Assembly: GCA_000091205.1 (NCBI GenBank)
Contig: AP006490.2
Source of the DNA: Cyanidioschyzon merolae
Lineage: Eukaryota
Reading direction: 5' to 3' (one strand)
DNA: 64,000 nt
Notes under the pieces: model-generated
Told to the model about the DNA's origin: nothing
The model's database searches: none
Seen by the model: only the letters and a program-made list of their open reading frames with translations
Shown: one piece after another, positions 1-10,347 of the stretch
Layout: each line of letters begins with the position of its first letter
How positions within the stretch are numbered: position 1 is the first letter of the stretch
Program-made: the position numbers and the translations under genes

Positions 1-1345
1 CCCCCATTCTCCATCATCCTCATATTTTTATCTTTCTTGTATATCGAATTATCTTTCTGTATTTACCGCTTTTTATTAAAGATTTTTTGTTCCATTTTTT
101 TCTATATCTTGGTTTTTAGATTGCAGAATAGATCAGTGCCGGGCGTTGCTATTATAACGGATTTCGATTTTGGTACAGCTTCTTAGGTATAAGGCAGGGT
201 TTTTTTAAAGAATGTGCTCTAATCTACGTAGTAATTGGAGCCAAGCTCTGCCTGCATTTTCATAGCACCTTTTTGCATGACTCTTTTGTCACCCTGCTTT
301 GTCTCCTTAATAATAGAGTACTTTCCGGCATGCTCCTTATATCAACTCTTTTGGCTCTCTTCTTTCTAAATGATATTAGACCAAAAATTTACCATGTTAT
401 AAATCGTTGCTCTGTACTTATTAGCACCCGTTCTAGTCTTTATATCGACTATGATTTGGATGCTTTTTCTAGGGGCGAATCCTTTTCTGTAATTTTTCAT
501 GGGATTAATCATATTTCTGTTTTCATGTCTTAGATGTAGTTTATTCTTGATTATCACTCTCGCTCGTTTTCTCTTCGTGTTTTCTCTCCATGTTAGGTTC
601 GCTGTCTTGTACCTCTAATTGTACGCCTTTGCTTTTTTTTGTGGGCATCATCATACCTTACGAGGTTCTAATCGGCAATTTTCATATGTTTACACTTTTG
701 ATAGTGAATCTTTCCTTTATCGTTCCTGTGCTTGAGAGGAAATCTCGAGCCGCTATAAACCAATTTTGGCTTTTTCCGCCCAGCGAAAATCTGGTTAACG
801 TATCATATACTGTAGCAATTCTCCCGCGACTTGAGCGAGTGTATCCCATTTGGGGTACAGGGTGCTTCCCTCCGATCGAATCTCGATTGCGCGCAAATCC
901 GTTCATGAGCATATCCACATACGAAACCGATAATCTCTCACTTCGAGCATATTTCGACGGATGCCTTTGGCACCTGAGAGCACCCATGGAATTCTCAACG
1001 ATCCATGCACCTGTAGAGTTGATCGCATCTTTTTCAATCGGACCGCCTCGGATGCTGTAGCCACGGTTGGTTCTTTTCTCCAGTTCATTTTTTTGACGAC
1101 AAATGTTTCTGACTGGATTTCTCTTTTGCGGAAATCCTCTCTCTGCAAGGCACTCCGCCTTCCCTATTGGTGCTAAGATTTCGTTCTTGGTCCGCATATC
1201 AAAACAGCCTCCCCCTGGATCTTTTTCGGTTCGGAGAATCCTACTACGAATAATACTCGTAAAAAAAGTCGCAAAGTGTCTGCAAGGCATCTCAGAGTTG
1301 GTCTCCAGTATCAGCTCTCCCCCTTCTTTGCTTCGCAGCGCATTC

Positions 1346-2954
1346 TTAGCAGGCAACAGCTATAGCATTCACGCGACTATCTTTCAGAATACGTGCTGCA
1401 CTTGTCCATACGCGGTACAGTCCTTCTGCATATGGCATGATACCTTCCGTGCTGTCAGAGCCGAGCGCTGATCCCCATATCTTGCGCAAAAGTTCAACCC
1501 GCGCAGGCCACAATACAGCATGTGCCACAGTGTGCGATGCATAGGTCCCGTAGCAACTAACAAGAATTCCGTCTACCACAAGGCGCCCTGAGCGCGTCAG
1601 CGGCGCATAGAGGCCATCACTCGTAACGAGAGTGTCAATTGCCACCACGGGGTCCGGCAGGTGCGCAGCAATGTCGAATAAGGCGTCGCCTATGCGGATA
1701 TCTTCTGCGAAAACCGCTTCACCTACAGACGTCTCCAGTTCGAGGATCTTCTGTATGTGCTGCTCTTTCTCATGTGAAAGACTCGACACAGCTGTCATTT
1801 TGCGGCCCGGGACTCTCGGGTTCTCGTTCATCCGGTACACCAGATGCTGCCTCGTCAAGCGCAGCTCCTTCCCCGAACGCGTCTTGATCAATAGGATTTC
1901 TGCTGTGGCGCGAGTCTCTTTGTGCAACCACCCCAGAACTGTGTCCTCGACCAGTCGCCCACGTGAATCGACGCCGATTACGGTCATACCCGGGCGCAAT
2001 TCGCTTATCCGCCGCGTCTTGCCAAGACCATCAATAAGCACCGAAGCACCCGCTGGGAAGCAGACCGCAGCGCCGCCACCCACAGAAACCTGTGTAACAT
2101 TTGCTGTCGGTGAAGGCGTCACTGAGACGGTAGGCGTAGGCGTTGCTGAAGTTGTCGGTGTTGGTGTCGGTGTCGGTGTAGGTGTGGGTGTGGGTGTTGG
2201 CACAACTTTCGGAGTCGAGATCGCCACGAGACTCGCTCCACTTGGCAGGATACTTGGAACGCTACTTGTAAAATTGGTAGAGATCTTCGTCACGTTGGAT
2301 ACGAGCGCGGTAGGTGCTAAGATAGAGATATTGTAGCTTGCATTCACTGCTGATGTTGCGCTGAATACACGTTGAACGTCGAGGCTGCTTCTCTCGTACC
2401 AGTCGGCGAACCGCGAGGCTATTGACACGAAGATACTATCGCAGTTATCCGACACAGTGACGTTCGCTCCAGTTCCATTCAGCTTGGTTTCTAAGTTATC
2501 CTGGAGAACGACCGCAACATCAACACACACGGTCTTGTTCACCACACTGACCACCGCAGAGAATGCAACACCGGCTATTGCCGGGGTAGGCGTAGGTGAC
2601 GGTGTTGCCGTCGGCGTAGGTGTTGGTGTAGGTGTCGCAGTTGGCGTTGGTGTCGGTGTCGCAGTTGGTGTTGGCGTCGGTGTAGGTGTCGGTGTCGCGG
2701 TTGTCGTAGGCGTAGGCGTTGGTGTTGCAGTTGGTGTAGGTGTCGGTGTAGGTGTCGCGGTTGCCGTAGGCGTAGGCGTTGGTGTTGCAGTTGGTGTAGG
2801 TGTCGGTGTAGGTGTCGGCGTTGCAGTTGGCGTAGGCGTTGGTGTCGCAGTTGGCGTAGGTGTTGGTGTCGGCGTTGCAGTTGGCGTAGGCGTTGGTGTC
2901 GGTGTCGGTGTCGCAGTTGGCGTAGGCGTAGGCGTTGGTGTCGCAGTTGGCGTT

Positions 2955-2989
<35 letters not shown>

Positions 2990-4909
2990 TGCAGTTGGCG
3001 TAGGCGTAGGAGTTGCAGTCGGTGTTGCAGTTGGTGTCGCAGTTGGTGTTGCCGTCGGCGTAGGCGTAGGCGTAGGCGTTGGTGTCACAGTTGGCGTTGG
3101 TGTTGCAGTTGCCGTAGGCGTTGGCGTAGATGTTGGTGTCGGTGTCGCGGTTGCCGTAGGCGTAGGCGTTGGTGTTGCAGTTGGTGTAGGTGTCGGTGTA
3201 GGTGTCGGCGTTGCAGTTGGCGTAGGCGTTGGTGTTGCAGTTTGCGTTGGTGTCCGAGTCGGTGTCGGTGTAGGTGTCGGTGTTGCAGTTGGCGTAGGTG
3301 TAGGCGTTGGTGTCCCAGTTGGCGTTGGTGTCGGCGTTGCCGTCGGCGTAGGCATAGGCGTTCGTGTCGCAGTTGGCGTCGGTGTAGGTGTCGCAGTTGG
3401 CGTCGGTGTAGGTGTCGGCGTTGCAGTTGGCGTAGGCGTTGGTGTCGGTGTTGCAGTTGGCGTAGGCGTAGGCGATGGTGTCGCAGTAGGCGTCGGTGTC
3501 GGTGTTGCGGTCGGCCTAGGCGTAGGTGTTGGTGTTGCCGCCGGTGTCGGTGTAGCGGTCGGCGTAGGCGTCGGTGTTGCGATGTATAATGTGAAGAGGT
3601 CGTTAAGGGGACCTGTGCCGCCTTCGCCTCCGAACAGCACCGGGTCGTTTTGACCGGTATTCCAAAGAACTGCATCAGCTCGCGGAGGTGGAAGCGTTGT
3701 ATTGCTTGTCTTGTTAAGCTCGCCGTAACTATAGGCTCCATCCGTTGTATTGTCACCGTCTACCCAAGTCCATTCAAGACTCGTAATATTGAACGTCCAC
3801 AGGTCGTTGCAGAAACCGGATGAATAACCACCGAAGAGATACAGAGTATTTGACGAGTCTACAAATCCAGAGGAAAAGGATCTGTACCCCGGAGTGTTAC
3901 TCGATGACGGCACTCCTTTCTCGCCGTATACCGACCCATTCGAACCAACACTGTCATTTCCAGACATCCAAGTCCATTCTCTGGAGCTGATATTGTACAG
4001 CCATAAATCATTGAGACCGCCAAATGTTTCAATCTGTCCGAAACCTCCAAAGAGCCAAAAGTTCCCATCAAGGTCTCGCCACGATGTGGCTCCGTAACGT
4101 CCCGCGGGATAATTGCTCGGCGATGCCTGGCGAAACGCACCATAGCTTCCGGAGGGGTCCAGCTCTTGGGTGCCACCTATCCAGCTCCATTCGTTGGTCA
4201 CTGTGTTGTACTGCCACAAGTCACCGTAAACAGTTCCATTAGGACCAGATCCACCAAAGAGATAAAACTGGTCATCCAAGCCAACCCAGGTCGCCGGTTG
4301 GTAACGACCGCCAGGCGTGTTGCTTGAAGACGACTTCCCAAGAGGACCATATGTCGGGGAAACGTTGGTCTCGTTGGATCCCTGCACCCATGTCCACTCG
4401 CCCGACGATACATTATACATCCACATATCACTATAGCCCGAGCTCAAATTACGGCCTCCAAATAGCCAAAGGTTTCCGTTGCTGTCACTCCATGCAGCGG
4501 ATTGCGTCCTCGAAGGCGGATTGTTGCTTTTGTTGGGAACTCCGAGGTAGCCGTATACCCCTGCAGAGTTGAGGGATGCCGAGCCTCCAACCCAGGTCCA
4601 AGAGAACGTGCTCAGATTGTAGTTCCAGAGATCACCGAAGACGCCGTCCGAGTTGCCACCACCAAACAACCAGAGCACTCCGTCAGCGCCGGTCCAGAAG
4701 GCCGCACCGTACCGCGCCGGAGGCACGTTGCTGGTGTTCGGCACACCCTGAACACCGTAGCTACCTGAACTGCCGGTAGAGTTACTGCCACCGATCCAGG
4801 TCCATAAAAAAGTATCTTCGGAGGACAAAACTCCACGAACTGCGTGCGTTCCCGACACAACCAATACTATAACGAGGAGTTTCAATATAGAAAAATATCT
4901 TTTTCGCAT
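1346..4909 (-). CDS. Secreted multidomain protein: signal peptide, six kelch blades, a roughly 330-aa Pro/Thr linker, a roughly 125-aa N-glycosylation-rich domain of unknown fold, a second PT linker, and a C-terminal hedgehog-type Hint/Hog autoprocessing domain
   Basis: The ORF 1346..4954 starts at GTG. The first ATG at 4907-4909 gives [23 protein letters not shown], which is signal-peptide-like. Six repeats of the kelch/galactose-oxidase type follow, e.g. [33 protein letters not shown], each with W..W and YG..G signatures. The C terminus reads [43 protein letters not shown] ... [21 protein letters not shown], which aligns with the hedgehog Hint module (CFPG...LSPGDRVLA...[21 protein letters not shown]). 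Confidence 0.8.
2570..3595. repeat. Imperfect hexanucleotide/dodecanucleotide tandem array, (GGYGTNGGYGTN)n on the + strand, which encodes the (TPTPTA)n linker on the - strand; a shorter copy lies at about 2090-2225
   Basis: The ggcgtaggtgttggtgtcggtgt-type unit is visibly reiterated for about 1 kb. The translation is an almost pure T/P/A tract. Confidence 0.85.
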
Positions 4910-5707
4910 ATAGGATACGAAAGGGGTTCTGCACCAGTGAAAAGAAAGCGCCACTGAGAGAAACGAGTTGCTTAGAATCTCCAGGGATAGGAGAGACTCC
5001 AGCTGCTGGTACTGTTGTCACTGCTGTCTCCGTCCTTACCACCACCACTCTCAACGAAGTATTCTGAGGTAAGCAGCACGGGAGCGCGTCAAGCACCGCC
5101 TTCTGAATGATGCAGATCTGCGCACGGCGCTCCCGAAACGGGACATTTCTGGCATAAACGGACAAAGATATTTTGCAGCGTCTTCTACCGAGTTTCATGA
5201 TGGCGCTCTCGTAATGGCAGTACAAGATAGCAGTCTACGCCGCAGTCGTGTTTCAGATACACATGCAGAGTCCAAATATCGAAAAAGGCTAATGGCGTGC
5301 CCGTCGCACATTCGGACCCGGCCCGCTATGACGCAGTACGAACAACTCCCTCTTACTGCACGCCATCTGCATATTTGTTGGCATCCCGTCTAGGGGGAAG
5401 TTTGGTGTCCAGATACCCTCAACATTGGATTATGGGCCGCCAACCCGGACTGGAAGGTTGCGTGCATGCACGTGCGAACTATATTACACAACTAAGATCC
5501 TCATGGAATCAATATACCAATAACTGAAACATAATTTAGTTCTGTGTTCGCGCGCGGGGCCGTACGGATAGCTGGCGTCAACGCAGTGGTTCATACTGAA
5601 GCACTTGCTGAGGCACGCGTCGAGGTCGACACCAATACCGACGCACCTGGAGACGCAGTTGCAGTCGCAATAACGGCACTCGGAGTCGGCGTAGGTCTAA
5701 TCAACAA

Positions 5708-7036
5708 TCACTCGTTGCTGATGCACTCCTGATCAGAGCGGCAGCAACGCACCTTGTTCACAAGGTTATCCGAAGCGATCAGGTATGTCCCGCACTGCTT
5801 CGTAGGGTCCTTGCACACACAGAACGACGGCAGCAGCGCCTGTTGTTGCTGCTGTTGTTGCAATTGCTGCTGCTGCTGCTGGTTGTTGTTGTTGCTGAAG
5901 GGGTTGTACGTGCAGTTCTGCGTCCTGGCGTTGCAGCACTCGGGCCCGCATGGAATATACGTCGAGTTCGATACGTTCCCGGTCGTGCTGCTCAGCGAGT
6001 TCGAGATGTACCCATACGCCTGACACACGTGCTCAGTAACCGGCTGGAAGCACTCGTTGCCGAGCTCCAGGCAGCAACCAGCCTCCAGACACTGCTGCGG
6101 TGAGTAGCTCATGCGCAGCGTCCCGTGCTGCTCTCCGTACACGAGCGTGTTCAGCAGACGCACAAACTGGCTACTGTTGATGTTATTGTTGGTCAGCTGC
6201 TGGTTCTGATTCAGCGCGTTCGTGCACGGCTGGCGCTCAAACTCGCCCACCGCGCACGTCTTCTCGGGCTGGAAGCAGTACGGGTTCGACGCAAAGTCGC
6301 TCTGCTGCTTGCCGTTCTGCACCCACTGGTTCTGCGCCTGCGAGTCGTAGCAGCAGCCCTGGGCATAGTAGGTAAACTGGTTGATACCCGCGTTGCCGTA
6401 CGGCTGGTGATGCGCTCCCGGTGACGGGCAGACGGGAACCGTTGCCTGCACCTCCTGCAGCGCTACAGAAGCCTGCGGTGCATGGTTGATGTCGTAGTAG
6501 CACCAGGGTGCCAGGATGCCGTTCGCTGTGGGCTGCCAGCAGCATCCCGGTATCGCAGAGCACTCGTCGGGGTAGATATAGCTCCAGCCGCAGGGGACGC
6601 GCTGCGTCACTGGAACAGCGCTGCACGCCGATGAGACGCTCTTCAGGGTGCACGCGTTCGTCTGGGAGCTGAAGCAGCACCCGACTTGCTCGCAGCGTCC
6701 TGGTTGATGCACTGTCCTGGAGATCCGCAGAGCTCATTGGAGCAATGGGGTGGGTGTCCGCGTAGGTTTCGGTGTTGGAGTAGGAAATGCTTTCCTCAAC
6801 GCATAGACATCATTGATAAAGTCACTGCCGCTCGTGTTTATGTATCCATTTCCAACAAATACGATCGGATCAGTCCTACTAGTGTCCCAGAAAGCTGATC
6901 CATAGCGAGTACTTGGTACACTATTCGGGCCTGACTCGCTCAATGCCCCATATACTGCTAGAGTATTCACTACCGAGCTTCCATTAATCCATGCCCGTTG
7001 ACCCAGTTTGATATCGAATACCCACAGATTGTTCAA
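5708..7036 (-). CDS. Paralog of the kelch/PT-linker family: one kelch blade, a PT linker, then trefoil(P-type)-like cysteine-rich modules and a poly-Q/N tract. The frame is interrupted by a single in-frame TGA at about 6734-6736, so this is a possible pseudogene, a read-through, or an assembly error
   Basis: ORFs 6734..7036 and 5708..6712 share one frame: ...PTPKPTRTPTPLLQ * ALRISRTV HQPGRCEQVGCC.... The segment NNLWVFDIKLGQRAWINGSS...RYGSAFWDTSRTDPIVFVGNGY...NDVYAL...PTPTPKPTRTPTP aligns with the last kelch blade plus linker of the upstream gene. CSAVPVTQRVPCGWSYIYPDECSAIPGCCWQPTANGILAPWCYY fits the trefoil pattern C..R..CG...C...GCC[FWY]...PWC[FY]. Two more GCC[YL] modules follow. A possible signal peptide (MKRTEVVIDIAIAMTYFV) is out of frame at 7033..7239. 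Confidence 0.5.
5838..5895. repeat. CAG/CAA (CTG/TTG on +) trinucleotide tract encoding NNNNQQQQQQLQQQQQQQ
   Basis: The sequence ctgttgttgctgctgttgttgcaattgctgctgctgctgctggttgttgttgttg is visible on the + strand. Confidence 0.85.
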
Positions 7037-7382
7037 ACGTCTGCAAGTTCGCCTCTATTGCCGTATCCTTTATGGCAAAAAGAGTTACAGATTACCCAAA
7101 TAAACGCGCTCTGCCCTCTTGAACGACCACAGTTAGCAGTCTCTGGCGCATTCGATACGAAGTAGGTCATAGCTATAGCTATATCAATCACTACTTCAGT
7201 ACGCTTCATGACTTGCGAAGCAATTTTGGTTCTCCACATCAGGAGGAGTGCCCACCCATCCGTTCAATATCCGATCGTGACTGTGGGATGCCGTCTCATC
7301 GGTACGCTGTTGCTCCCACATTTGTCTTTGAAGCAGCGGTCTGCGCTTTGAAGGCGCATCTCATTTTCATCACTAACAAACC

Positions 7383-8488
7383 TTAGACAGGGGCCAAGAT
7401 AGTCGACTTGAGGCCTCGCCTCCGTAACGCCTGGTCGATCAGATCAAGACTCAGTTCGTAAAGCTGATCTGCCTTGTCGATTTCGTACGTTGGTTCAATA
7501 ACCTGCGGTTTCGTCTTCTCTCGACCTTCGGTATATTTGCCACGCCACTGATAATACGAGCCCGAGTCCGAGAACTGTCCCTGGGTCGCCACTTCGGCTA
7601 CGCGGCGGCCGGCCTCGTCATTCGGAAGGTATTGCCGAGTGATATACTTTTGAAGAATCGGAAAGAATACGTACCGGAACCAGCCACGCTTTTCGCGGAA
7701 GAGGTTGCTGTCGGCGACACATCCCGGAAAATCGCCACAGAGGTCACCCCGTCGCGGCCGTATCAATGACCGAGCGTCTTCATTGATAAAACGTTCGCGG
7801 CTTTGGCGTCTTTGAAAGCTGTTGTGGGCTCAAACGGGCCACTGTCCACCATGCCCGTCGTCTGCGGACCGAGCCCCGCGGCTAGACCAGATAAATCCCC
7901 GAGACGGGCCTGCGGGAGGATCTTTCCCGGCAGCGAATTCGGCGAGTGGGTCTGAGTCGTCAGAAACACAATGTGCCTGCGCGATATTTTCATCTTCGGC
8001 AACAGCTCCCGACATAGAAGCAAATGGCTCAGATGGCATACCTGCATGGTTTTCTCGATGCCGTCCACCGTGAAACGCGGTTTCTTGTCCCGCGGATGCC
8101 ATATTGTGGCATTGCAGATCAGGGTATCCAGGTGATCGACGCGCGCCACACTTGACAGCTCTCTTACAAACTTCAACACAGAGGCGAAATCAGCCATATC
8201 ACAATGCAGCACGGTATAGGCGTCCTTTAGAAGGTTTACGCTGTTTGCTGCGCGCTCCGCCCGGTCGACGTCACGACATGCCATGACGATGTGCCAGTTG
8301 CCCTTGTTGATCAGAGCGTGAGCTGCATACAGACCGACTCCAGCGGACGCGCCAGTGATCACAGCGATCTGTGATTGCTTCGGGCCCATACGAAGATGCA
8401 GCGCGTGGTGCCGGCGCGCCCCAGGCAAACGCAGCACTACCAAGGCAGCAGATGCTGGCAATGGCGACGATGTCCCGCTGCGAAGCAC
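7383..8488 (-). CDS. POR: Light-dependent NADPH:protochlorophyllide oxidoreductase (LPOR) homolog. Its reading frame is broken by a 1-nt frameshift at about 7763-7766 and it lacks an ATG-initiated transit peptide, so it may be a pseudogene or an assembly error
   Basis: The 5' ORF 7763..8488 carries IAVITGASAGVGLYAAHAL, GNWHIVMACRD, AYTVLHCDMADF, LICNATIWHP, CHLSHLLLCRELL, LGDLSGLAAGLG and FKDAKAANVLSMK. These match the POR motifs KWHVIMACRD, DSYTVMHLDLAS, LVCNAAVY, LGDLRGLAGGL and YKDSKVCNMLTM. The 3' ORF 7383..7766, in another frame, continues with GDFPGCVADSNLFREKRGWFRYVFFPILQKYITRQYLPNDEAGRRVAEVATQ, which matches [47 protein letters not shown]. The first in-frame ATG, at 8387-8389, sits directly at the Rossmann fold. 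Confidence 0.75.
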
Positions 8489-10347
8489 CCGTCAGGTGCG
8501 GTACGCAGCAGGAACGGTGCTCGAGTTGAAGCGGGCGTACAAAGAACGTGCCAGTCCATTTGCAGGGGACAAGAAACGAGCAGGGCTTGCGTTTTCTAGA
8601 TTTGATTTTTTTCCGGTGCGAAGGCTGCCAATGACCTCAACAACAATACAAATTCGCTTAAGCATGCGTATCCATTCAAAAACCTCTTTTGCGTAGCTGC
8701 ACGAGTGATCGTCCGTCCATTGATGCAGATGCCAACCTCAATCTCCCGTAGACTGTCTAACTTTGAGCACAACCCACACAATCGCCGAATGTCCTTTTCA
8801 GAAACTAGGCAAGACTCCCATTTTTCTCGAGCAACAACCTCGTCAGTGCTAGTCGCTAAGCGCTCCGCAGTGCTACGCTCAAAGAATACGAAGTTCGCAG
8901 ATGAACTTCGACAGAGCTCGCCAACGGATACCGTAGAGGAGGTATAAGGGAATTTCCTCCGGTGGTATGTTATTTATGGAAGCGCCTGCACGTCAGTTGG
9001 ACACGTGATGTGTAGGGCGGGTCGCTCGCCACTACTGTGGAAGGCCGGCGACAACGTTTTTCTTTTCAAAGGCATTTGTTGTTGACTGTGTCGCTTCCGG
9101 GCTCGATGGACGGGTTAGGCTCCTCAAACTAACCTTATAGAGTAGATCAAAATGCAGTATGTCCTTTTGTCGGGTTCCTCGATCGTTCCAGGCTAGATGC
9201 AAGTCTCAAGCTTCGTGGAAGATATGGACGCAACATGTGTGCTATGCCTCTGCCAAGATCACCAGAGCTAATCGACGTAGCGGGAGCCAGAAGTTAGACA
9301 AAGACGGTAGCATGGCAATGACTTGAGCTCTCATCAGTGCCAGCCCATGACGTACGACAGAGGCACAATTCAGGTCAGTTCCGTATTCCAGTGTCCGTGC
9401 ATGATGCATAGCAAGCCTGGGGAATAAACGTATATCCATGTTCGAGAACACTACCGTGCCTATTTTGGTTACGATCAATACAACTGAAGAAACTCTTATT
9501 GAGTAGAATATTGCATACCTTATCCACACAAGTCTAAGCCGCAGAGAAAGATACGCTTTTGATATGAGCATCGCGGGGTTTCGTGCCAGGCCCTGCATCT
9601 CCACGTATGTCAGGGCGGTACTGCGATGGGCAGTAGCGTCGGCTCCAGCGAGAGAGCCTACAGCAAGAGATCGTTCTACGTGAGTTTGCGATCTACGATA
9701 CTTTATGTTTTGCGGCAGTGCGATGCGAACACGCATGTGCCAAGGCGGGGTGTCGGACACGTGTCCTTCATCTACCTGAGTAGCGTCGCGCGCAGTGGAT
9801 GCATTGCGCTAAATGAGCGCAACTGGGTGATCAGGCAGTCAACTGACACGATGCGCATGCCGTTGTTGAAGGGAAACGCGATCTCGATCAGAAGCGTGTT
9901 GTTCAGCTGCAAAAAGTTGGATTTCCGTTGAGGACATAGCAAAGTGTAGTTTTCTGTTCGTTTTTGTTTCAGCCCTCGAACAAGTCTAGTCAAGTATTTT
10001 TTCGGAGTATATAACAGAAGCGTTCAAAGAGCGTTGTTTTTCAAAAAAAAACTAAAAAAAGGAACCTATGAAAAAACAAGTAGACGATCCTGGAGGCCCA
10101 GGGTCGTCGGCTGCTAGAAAAAAACAAAAAACATTGCCGAGCCCAGAAGAAAAGGAGGATGACAAGGACCGAAGGGGGTAGGTCCTACGTCGAAGGCGGC
10201 AAGAGAGACAACAATACAACGAGATGGTAGTAAAAAACCTGTCGTCTTGGACATATTAAGGATCCGTATAGGGAAAACTTACATGTCGCTATCAAAAAAC
10301 GTGTTGCGTCATACTCCAAGAGTATTGTCAAGGCGCCGTCTGGACTC

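Noticed and set aside
682-1356. A 224-aa minus ORF in the first 1.3 kb
   Set aside because: It falls in an AT-richer, homopolymer-containing segment that looks intergenic or 3' flank of the Hog gene. It has no motif and a composition unlike the neighbouring genes.
2457-3756. Long antisense ORFs over the PT array: a 398-aa Gly/Val-rich ORF, a 223-aa Arg/His/Leu/Gln ORF, and a 115-aa Cys/Arg/Trp ORF
   Set aside because: All are low-complexity translations of the same (ACN-CCN)n repeat in other frames or on the other strand. The sense frame, on the - strand, is embedded in a gene with a signal peptide, kelch blades and a Hint domain.
6237-6737. A 166-aa minus ORF overlapping the trefoil-like region in another frame
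   Set aside because: It is an alternative frame of the Cys-rich CDS. The trefoil-like frame has the conserved cysteine spacing, and this frame does not.
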